The notes under the pieces are model-generated. The model worked only from the letters and a program-made list of their open reading frames with translations. It had not been told where the DNA came from and made no database searches. The translations under genes and the position numbers were made by a program. Positions 28,383 to 34,715 of a stretch of DNA of 64,000 nt are shown one piece after another. The stretch is taken from assembly GCA_964558675.1 (NCBI GenBank), contig CAZLEY010000006.1:15043-79042 (forward strand), given 5' to 3'. Positions within the stretch are counted from its first letter, which is position 1; the number at the start of each line of letters is the position of its first letter. This DNA comes from an uncultured Dehalococcoidaceae bacterium (GTDB lineage: Bacteria; Chloroflexota; Dehalococcoidia; Dehalococcoidales; RBG-16-60-22).

Positions 28383-29594
28383 ATGTCATACAGGTATAGA
28401 GCCTATACAGTCGATAAGAAAATCGTTCAGGGCACGATTGAAGTCGCCTCGGAAAGCATGGCGGAGGGCACCCTGTACAGGGCCGGCTATCAGCATATCC
28501 TCAGTCTTGAGGAAACGCCGCCGGGGACGAATATTAAAGGAATGATACCGACCCTCTTTGGAGTTAAAACCCAGGATGTGATTGACTTCTCCAACCAGCT
28601 AGCCACCCTGACTGAGTCCGGCATCAGCATATATACATCGCTGCAGCTACTTAAGGGACAGGCTTCCAAGGTGGCTCTTAAAGACGTCATTAATGGATTA
28701 ATCGAGGAAATCCAGGTAGGCACCTCTTTCTCCCAGGCACTCAGCTACCATCCTGAGGTGTTTTCGAATACCTACTGCCAGGTGATAAGGGCAAGCGAAC
28801 AGTCAGGCAGTCTGGAATTAGGGCTGAGGCAGGCCGCCAGCTACATGGAGAAACAGACAGTCACATCCCAGAAAATTAAACGCGCCATGTTCTATCCTGC
28901 CTTTGTGTTACTTATGGCCATCGGCGTAACTATTTTGCTCATCACGGTCGCCCTGCCGCCACTTGTCGACCTGTTTTCCTCGATGGACGTGAAACTGCCC
29001 TGGATGACACAGATGCTTCTTTCCATCAGTGGCTTCGTTCTCGACCATACTCTCTATATAATCATGGGATTGCTTATTCTCATTCTATTAACCATCGGCC
29101 TTCTGAGATTACCATCAGTAAAGCTGGCCAAAGACAGGCTAATGCTGCAAATACCACTCATAGGCGCCATTAACATTGAGCGCGGTGTGCAACATTTCTG
29201 TCAGACAGCTTCAATGCTGCTGAAAGCAGGCCTGCACCTGCCGAATGTAATGGACATCTCCATCCAAACAAACAAAAACCGGATTATCCGCGAGTCTTTA
29301 AGGAATGTTAAAGATAAGCTGGTACAGGGAGAGGGTCTATCACAGCCACTGGCCGAGGTTGAGCTTTTTCCTCCACTCCTGGCAGAGATGGTAGTAGTGG
29401 GAGAGAAGACCGGTTCTATGGACTCTACCCTCGCCACGCTCGCTGACTATTACGAACAGAGGGTTGACCACAGGATTGAAATCCTTACTTCGATGATAGA
29501 GCCAATATTGACCTTAATCATCGGGATAGTAGTTATATTCATCGCTCTTTCCATGATAACGCCGCTATATTCAATACTGAGGTCCATGCACTAA
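28383..29594 (+). CDS. pilC: Type IV pilus / T2SS platform protein (GspF/PilC family)
   Basis: 403 aa with two GspF-type repeats (FSNQLATLTESGISIYTSL and FCQTASMLLKAGLHLPNVM) and 3 TM segments. Confidence 0.9.
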   Translation: MSYRYRAYTVDKKIVQGTIEVASESMAEGTLYRAGYQHILSLEETPPGTNIKGMIPTLFGVKTQDVIDFSNQLATLTESGISIYTSLQLLKGQASKVALKDVINGLIEEIQVGTSFSQALSYHPEVFSNTYCQVIRASEQSGSLELGLRQAASYMEKQTVTSQKIKRAMFYPAFVLLMAIGVTILLITVALPPLVDLFSSMDVKLPWMTQMLLSISGFVLDHTLYIIMGLLILILLTIGLLRLPSVKLAKDRLMLQIPLIGAINIERGVQHFCQTASMLLKAGLHLPNVMDISIQTNKNRIIRESLRNVKDKLVQGEGLSQPLAEVELFPPLLAEMVVVGEKTGSMDSTLATLADYYEQRVDHRIEILTSMIEPILTLIIGIVVIFIALSMITPLYSILRSMH

Positions 29595-29616
29595 ATGACT
29601 ATATCAGGTAAAAAAG

Positions 29617-30018
29617 ATGACAGGGACAATAAAACAGAGGTTAGCCCGGACAATAAACCGGGCTCAGGGCCAGAAAGGTCTGGGACTGGTAGAGACACTG
29701 GTGGCCGTGGCCATTCTAGGGACCTCTGTGGTTGCCTTTGTCGCCGCCCTTTCGGCGGGGTCAATCGCCGTAGGTGAGCAGGACGAGGAAGTAGTGGCCC
29801 AGAGACTGGTAAGGTCACAGCTGGAATATACTAAAAGCTATAGCTATGACCCGAATGCCACTACCTACCCGACTATAGATGTGCCGGCAGGTTACGGCCT
29901 GTCCGTTATGACCGGCTCAGTCCCGGGGACTGATACCAATATACAGAAGATAACGGTCACCATCTCAAGGGACGGGCAGGATATATTAGCTGTTTCCGAC
30001 TATAAGGTGAACCGATGA
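29617..30018 (+). CDS. Minor pilin / pseudopilin (prepilin-type N-terminus)
   Basis: AQGQKG/LGLVETLVAVAILGTSVVAFV, with Glu at +5. 133 aa. Confidence 0.7.
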   Translation: MTGTIKQRLARTINRAQGQKGLGLVETLVAVAILGTSVVAFVAALSAGSIAVGEQDEEVVAQRLVRSQLEYTKSYSYDPNATTYPTIDVPAGYGLSVMTGSVPGTDTNIQKITVTISRDGQDILAVSDYKVNR

Positions 30019-30473
30019 TGACTGCTAATGAACGTGGTTTTACCATGGTTGAGCTGGTAATGGCGATGGCCGCTACCGGGCTCATTATAAGTTTTCTGGG
30101 AACAAGCATATACCAGATATTCACCGTTACCGAATACGGCAATGACAGGCTTATCGCCATGCATGAGCTGCAAAATGCCTCTCACTGGTTCAGCCTTGAT
30201 GGTCAGGGTGCGAAATCAGCTGCCGCAGGCAGCGAGCTGGTTCTCACGCAAACAGATAACTCAACGATTACCTATTCATTAACGGGGATGGAATTACGAC
30301 GCACCGCTGGTGGCGGCCAGATGACCCTGGCCAAGAATATTACCAGTGCCGATTTTTCCATGGGTAACCGCGTCATTACCATGTCCCTGACTTCATCCCC
30401 TGAGGGACGCGACAGTGTAAGTGAACAGGGAACCTACAGGGTTTATCTGAGACCAGCCGAGGAAGAGGAATAA
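30015..30473 (+). CDS. Minor pilin / pseudopilin (PulJ/PilW-like)
   Basis: ANERG/FTMVELVMAMAATGLII, with Glu at +5. ATGA overlap with the upstream gene. 152 aa. Confidence 0.75.
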   Translation: MMTANERGFTMVELVMAMAATGLIISFLGTSIYQIFTVTEYGNDRLIAMHELQNASHWFSLDGQGAKSAAAGSELVLTQTDNSTITYSLTGMELRRTAGGGQMTLAKNITSADFSMGNRVITMSLTSSPEGRDSVSEQGTYRVYLRPAEEEE

Positions 30474-31996
30474 TGAACAGCGAGAAGGGACAGGCCCTGC
30501 CAATGGCCATGATGGCACTTGCTCTCGGCACTCTGGTGATAACGCCTTTTCTCAGTCATGCCGGCAGCGGCCTTATCGGTTCACTCGCCTATGGCGAAGC
30601 AATCATCCACCAGAGCAGCTGTGACGCCGGCGTCGAGCACGCCATCTGGAATTTGACCAGAGGTAGCCTGGCCGAGCAGATACCCGAACCGGGCGATGAG
30701 GTCACCTATCAGCTTGGCGAAGAACTCAATGGCTTAACCACCAGCATTACCGTAACCGCGAACGTTACCGGGGACGGAGGTGGCTTGGCTGGTGAGATCG
30801 GGGATACCGTGATAGATACTCTCGAGTTTGATACTGCTTACGGAAATATGCCCGACATCATACATATTTCCGGTGACATCTACGCTATAGCCTACCGTGG
30901 CAATGGTAACGACGGCTTCTTAAAGACAGTTGAAATAGCTTCCGATGGTGACATCACCAACAGCGTGGTAGACAGCTTAGAGTTTGATACCAGTTACGGA
31001 ATCTACGCGGACATTCTCCACGTCTCCGGCAACATATACGTCATAGCCTACCAGGGAAATGGCAACGACGGTTTCTTAAAGACCGTGGAGATAACCACTG
31101 ATGGTGAAATTACCAACAGCGTGATAGATACCCTGGAGTTTGATAACAGAAACGGGAGAGAACCGGTTATTACTCACGTAGCAAGCAATATTTATGCTAT
31201 CGCTTACCGGGGTAATGGCGGCGATGGCTTCATCAAGACTATAGAGATAGCTACTGATGGTGAAATTACCAACAGCGTGATAGATACCCTGGAATACGAT
31301 ACCAGTAACGGTTATTACCCGGATATCAGTTATATCTCCGGTGACGTTTACGCCATTGTCTACCGGGGTAATGGCGGCGATGGCTTCATCAAGACTGTGG
31401 AGATAGCTTCGGATGGTGAAATTACTAACAGCGTGATAGATACCCTGGAATTTGATACCAGTAACTGTTATTACCCGGATATTGTTGATGTGTCCGGTGA
31501 CATTTATACTATTGCCTACCAGGGAAACGGCAATGATGGCTTCCTGAAGACCGTGGAAATAGCTACTGATGGTGAAATTACTAACAGCGTGATAGATACC
31601 CTGGAGTTTGATACAGGCAACGGTAGAACACCGGATATCATCAATATCTCCGGTGATATCTATGCTATTTCTTATCGGGGCAACGGGAGTGACGGCTATC
31701 TAATAACAGTTGAGATAGCCACAGATGGAGATATCAACAATACTGTAATTGATACCCTGGAATTTGATACATCTTATGGCAATTTTCCGGATATCATCCA
31801 GATTTCCGGCGGCGTTTATGCCATTGCTTATTGCGGACCAAGGTCAGACGGTTTCGTTAAGACTGTAGAGATATCCACGAATGCGGGAACCTCCGCTGCC
31901 TACGAAATTTCATCTACCGCCGGAGACAGGACTATCCGTGCTTTCGTTAATACCGCCAACACGACCGCTTCTATTTTGGCGTGGCAAGTAGAATAA
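30473..31996 (+). CDS. PilX-like pseudopilin N-terminus fused to seven 52-aa tandem repeats (predicted beta-propeller); putative pilus-associated tip/adhesin protein
   Basis: 507 aa. N-terminus MNSEKGQALPMAMMALALGTLVITPFL (no Glu5, as in PilX/GspK) followed by CDAGVEHAIWNL. Residues 113-468 are 7 copies of VIDTLEFDT..G..PDI..ISGDIYAIAYRGNG.DGF.KTVEIA.DGEITNS. TAATG overlap with the preceding minor pilin gene. Confidence 0.6.
   Translation: MNSEKGQALPMAMMALALGTLVITPFLSHAGSGLIGSLAYGEAIIHQSSCDAGVEHAIWNLTRGSLAEQIPEPGDEVTYQLGEELNGLTTSITVTANVTGDGGGLAGEIGDTVIDTLEFDTAYGNMPDIIHISGDIYAIAYRGNGNDGFLKTVEIASDGDITNSVVDSLEFDTSYGIYADILHVSGNIYVIAYQGNGNDGFLKTVEITTDGEITNSVIDTLEFDNRNGREPVITHVASNIYAIAYRGNGGDGFIKTIEIATDGEITNSVIDTLEYDTSNGYYPDISYISGDVYAIVYRGNGGDGFIKTVEIASDGEITNSVIDTLEFDTSNCYYPDIVDVSGDIYTIAYQGNGNDGFLKTVEIATDGEITNSVIDTLEFDTGNGRTPDIINISGDIYAISYRGNGSDGYLITVEIATDGDINNTVIDTLEFDTSYGNFPDIIQISGGVYAIAYCGPRSDGFVKTVEISTNAGTSAAYEISSTAGDRTIRAFVNTANTTASILAWQVE
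30809..31876 (+). repeat. In-frame tandem repeat array, 156-bp period, about 6.8 copies
   Basis: Unit boundaries fall at 30809 + n*156. The identical 30-mer ggtaatggcggcgatggcttcatcaagact occurs at 31211 and 31367 (exactly one period apart). Long shared strings such as gatggtgaaatta(c/t)(c/t)aacagcgtgatagataccctgga recur across units. Confidence 0.9.
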
Positions 31997-32012
31997 ATAA
32001 GGAGGTCTGAAA

Positions 32013-32126
32013 ATGAATTTCGATTCGACAGTTCTAGCTAACACATTCCTTGCCTGCATCGCCCTTACCAACCTTGTAATACTGGCGATACTTTACAGAA
32101 ATAGTAAGAGTAATCAAAAATCATAA
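32013..32126 (+). CDS. Small hydrophobic protein (37 aa), below the ORF-track cut-off
   Basis: ATG 32013 lies 7 nt after an AAGGAGG SD. MNFDSTVLANTFLACIALTNLVILAILYRNSKSNQKS* is one TM helix plus a basic tail. It fills the 147-nt gap between two pilus genes. Confidence 0.5.
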   Translation: MNFDSTVLANTFLACIALTNLVILAILYRNSKSNQKS

Positions 32127-32143
32127 AGAAGAGAGAGCCTTCT

Positions 32144-32734
32144 GTGAAGAACAGGAAACTACCGATAGTACTGCTAGTTATTGTCCTGGTCGTGGTGTAT
32201 TATCTGCTCGGCACAGGCTATTTGAAACTACGGCGGGGGAATGAGGCGCTGGCATCCAAAATAACCAGTGTCACCGGGGATTTGACGCAAATCGCCCCAC
32301 CCCCGGCTGACCTTGACCAAAGATTGGCCGCCGCTCAAGCAGATTGGGACGCGGCCAGGAACGCATTCCCCGAGAAGCTGAACACTACCCAAATAGTGAA
32401 CACTGTTCTCGAGCTTGCCGACGATGTGGGGGTTAAGGCAATACCCCTGGTAACGCAACCCTGGACAACAGAGAGCGTTAACGAACATGGCTACTCTGTT
32501 TTTCGATTTAATACAGCTGTAACGGGTACTTCGGAACAATTGACCAGCTTTTTAAGACAGCTGGAAAACAATGGTATCAAGACGCTTATAATGGAGAATT
32601 TAAGTGTGAATAAAGAAAACGAATCATCTGTAAAAGAAAGTATCTCTGAAGGTATTACACGGATAAACGCCAGTCTGGAAATAGCTGTCTATGTTCAATC
32701 TCCGGCTGCTGAGCTAGAGGAGAAGGATATATAG
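32144..32734 (+). CDS. PilO-like pilus biogenesis protein
   Basis: 196 aa. N-terminal TM (LPIVLLVIVLVVVYYLL), a coiled segment, then a PilO-type C-terminal domain (IVNTVLELADDVGVKAI...FRFNTAVTGTSEQLTSFLRQLEN). GTG start. Confidence 0.6.
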   Translation: MKNRKLPIVLLVIVLVVVYYLLGTGYLKLRRGNEALASKITSVTGDLTQIAPPPADLDQRLAAAQADWDAARNAFPEKLNTTQIVNTVLELADDVGVKAIPLVTQPWTTESVNEHGYSVFRFNTAVTGTSEQLTSFLRQLENNGIKTLIMENLSVNKENESSVKESISEGITRINASLEIAVYVQSPAAELEEKDI

Positions 32735-32736
32735 CA

Positions 32737-34260
32737 ATGTACGTTACCCTGAATATCAGTAACAGCAGTATCAGAATCCTTGCCATAAAGGGAAGGCAGG
32801 TAAAAAAGTGGGAAAGCACGGACCTGATGGCCGGATTGGTCCGGGACGGCTTAATTATGCAGCCAGAGGCCGTCGGCGAGGTCATTGACGCCCTGTTTAA
32901 ATCAACCAGAATACCCAAAGAGAAAGTCATTATCAGCCTTTCGGGTCTGTCCTTTACTTACCGATTTGTCAGCCTGCCCAGGATGAAATCCGGGCTTATG
33001 GAGGAAGCCGTCCAGCGTGCCGCCAAGAAAGAAATATCACTACCTCTGAATGAACTGTATCTTACCTGGCAGCCTGTACCCGGTCCGGAGGATGAGCAGG
33101 CCTTTTTCGTCCTGGGGGTGTCACGACACCTGGTTGACGCCATGATTCAGACATTTAGGGTAGGCGGAGTGGAGCCCTATCTCATGGATTTGCAGCCGCT
33201 GGCGTTAGCCAGAGCCGCCAATCGCGGCGATGCTATAGTCGCTAACCTGGAACCCGAATGCTATGATATCGTCATTATTGCCAATGGTCTGCCCACGGTT
33301 ATACATACTATAAGCCCAAGAGGTGAGGGAGCTACTCTCGACGATAACATCCATCGATTGGCGGACGAGCTAACCAAAACAGTTGCCTTCTACCAGAGCA
33401 GCCACCCGGAAAATCATCTCAGCCCAGCTACTCCCCTGCTGCTGACCGGTTTACTGGCTACCGAGGTTACCACACAAGGACTGCTCCAGGCTGAGATAGA
33501 ATACCCCATCGAACCCCTGATTCCGGCACTGGAATTTCCATCTGACCTGCCCGTTGCCTCATACGCGGCCAGCATGGGGCTGGCTCTTAAGAAAATTCCA
33601 CAAAAACCCGTAGATAAAGGTAATGGTGTCCATTTTCACGATATAAATATCAATATATTATCCGGGAAATTCCGTAAACCAAAAGCACAGCCAGTACCAG
33701 TACGACATGTTGTCCTCGTAGCTTTGCTGCTAATCGCTGTTGCCCTCATTTATCCTCTCTACCAGGGTAAGAGTCAGCTCGGTGCTAAAAACACGGACCT
33801 GGAATCCAGACTGAGTGAAGTCAACCGGGAACACAACCTGGCTAACCTCGTCGCCGAGGAGACAACCCTGAAAGAGGACACCATCAGTGAAATTATCGCC
33901 AGCGCCGATAATCTAACAGCGGTAAATCAGAGCATCCTGAGTACCAGAGGCGACTTTACGGATGATTTTCAATTGATTTCCAGTGCTCTTCCGCCTAAGC
34001 TATATTTAACATCAATAGAGATAGACAGGAACTTGATTAAGGTACAGGGGGAAACCGATAACGTTTTTGCAGTTATTGACTACGTAACAGCCCTGGAGAC
34101 CCATGAGGCATTCTCCGAAGTACGCATTACCGAGCTGGATGAAGCTATTTTGATTATCAATGAAACTGATGACAGCGAAGCCATACAGGAAGATAGCAGC
34201 ACGATAACCTTTGAAATCCTGATTAATAAATCGGTCTCAAAGGATATAGAAAGAGAATAA
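32737..34260 (+). CDS. PilM-PilN fusion protein (actin-like ATPase domain, TM, PilN-like domain)
   Basis: 507 aa. PilM-like N-terminal ~300 aa (LNISNSSIRILAIKGRQV...FVLGVSRHLVDAMIQTFRVGG.EP..MDLQPLALARA). TM (VVLVALLLIAVALIYPLY). The coiled coil and C-terminus match the PilN pattern (LPPKLYLTSIEIDRNLIKVQGETDNVFAVIDYVTALE). Confidence 0.7.
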   Translation: MYVTLNISNSSIRILAIKGRQVKKWESTDLMAGLVRDGLIMQPEAVGEVIDALFKSTRIPKEKVIISLSGLSFTYRFVSLPRMKSGLMEEAVQRAAKKEISLPLNELYLTWQPVPGPEDEQAFFVLGVSRHLVDAMIQTFRVGGVEPYLMDLQPLALARAANRGDAIVANLEPECYDIVIIANGLPTVIHTISPRGEGATLDDNIHRLADELTKTVAFYQSSHPENHLSPATPLLLTGLLATEVTTQGLLQAEIEYPIEPLIPALEFPSDLPVASYAASMGLALKKIPQKPVDKGNGVHFHDININILSGKFRKPKAQPVPVRHVVLVALLLIAVALIYPLYQGKSQLGAKNTDLESRLSEVNREHNLANLVAEETTLKEDTISEIIASADNLTAVNQSILSTRGDFTDDFQLISSALPPKLYLTSIEIDRNLIKVQGETDNVFAVIDYVTALETHEAFSEVRITELDEAILIINETDDSEAIQEDSSTITFEILINKSVSKDIERE

Positions 34261-34333
34261 GGAGGGAATACGCTCCAGGCTAAAGGATATGCGTGGAGGA
34301 CATTCGGCATATTTATGAAATCTTTATGGACTC

Positions 34334-34362
34334 TTGACGAATTATTTACAATCCTTTACACT
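34334..34362 (+). promoter_or_regulatory. Candidate sigma70-type promoter for the HTH/kinase/regulator unit
   Basis: TTGACG (34334-34339), 17 nt, TACACT (34357-34362), in an AT-rich spacer after the pilus operon. Confidence 0.45.
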
Positions 34363-34442
34363 ATTTTTTATAATAGTAATTGATAATAATATATAGTATT
34401 GAAGTATACCGAGTATACTCAGGTAGTACCAGGGAGGTCTGC

Positions 34443-34655
34443 ATGGCTGTGTCAATAAATGGAAATACGTACTATAGAACTGCAGAGGTCTGCCAGATGG
34501 TCGGTATAAGCAAGAATACCTTATTTCGATGGCTTAAAGCAGGCTACCCGGGTACCAATTCGCGCCGGGACAGGAGAGGATGGCGGCTATTTACCGGAGA
34601 CGATATTAATAAACTGAAAGCCGAGGCTGAACTGATAATCGAAGCGGAGCAATAA
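34443..34655 (+). CDS. MerR-superfamily helix-turn-helix protein (small)
   Basis: MAVSINGNTYYRTAEVCQMVGISKNTLFRWLKAGY...RGWRLFTGDDINKLK. ATG 34443 lies 6 nt after a GGGAGG SD; the track start at 34380 is in AT-rich non-coding-looking sequence. Confidence 0.7.
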   Translation: MAVSINGNTYYRTAEVCQMVGISKNTLFRWLKAGYPGTNSRRDRRGWRLFTGDDINKLKAEAELIIEAEQ

Positions 34656-34715
34656 CCTTATAGCAGGAATAAGCTGGGGAGATAATTAAATGATTGCCAA
34701 CTGTGAGCAGATTCG

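Noticed and set aside
29595-29777. Alternative-frame ORF (60 aa) starting at ATG 29595, right after the pilC stop
   Set aside because: Its Arg/Gly-rich translation has no pilin motif, whereas the 29617 frame gives a canonical G/LGLVE prepilin N-terminus.
30809-31876. Regular 156-bp repeats considered as a possible CRISPR-like or satellite array
   Set aside because: The period is a multiple of 3, the array is in frame within a long ORF, there are no unique spacers, and the repeat encodes a conserved 52-aa unit. It is a protein repeat.
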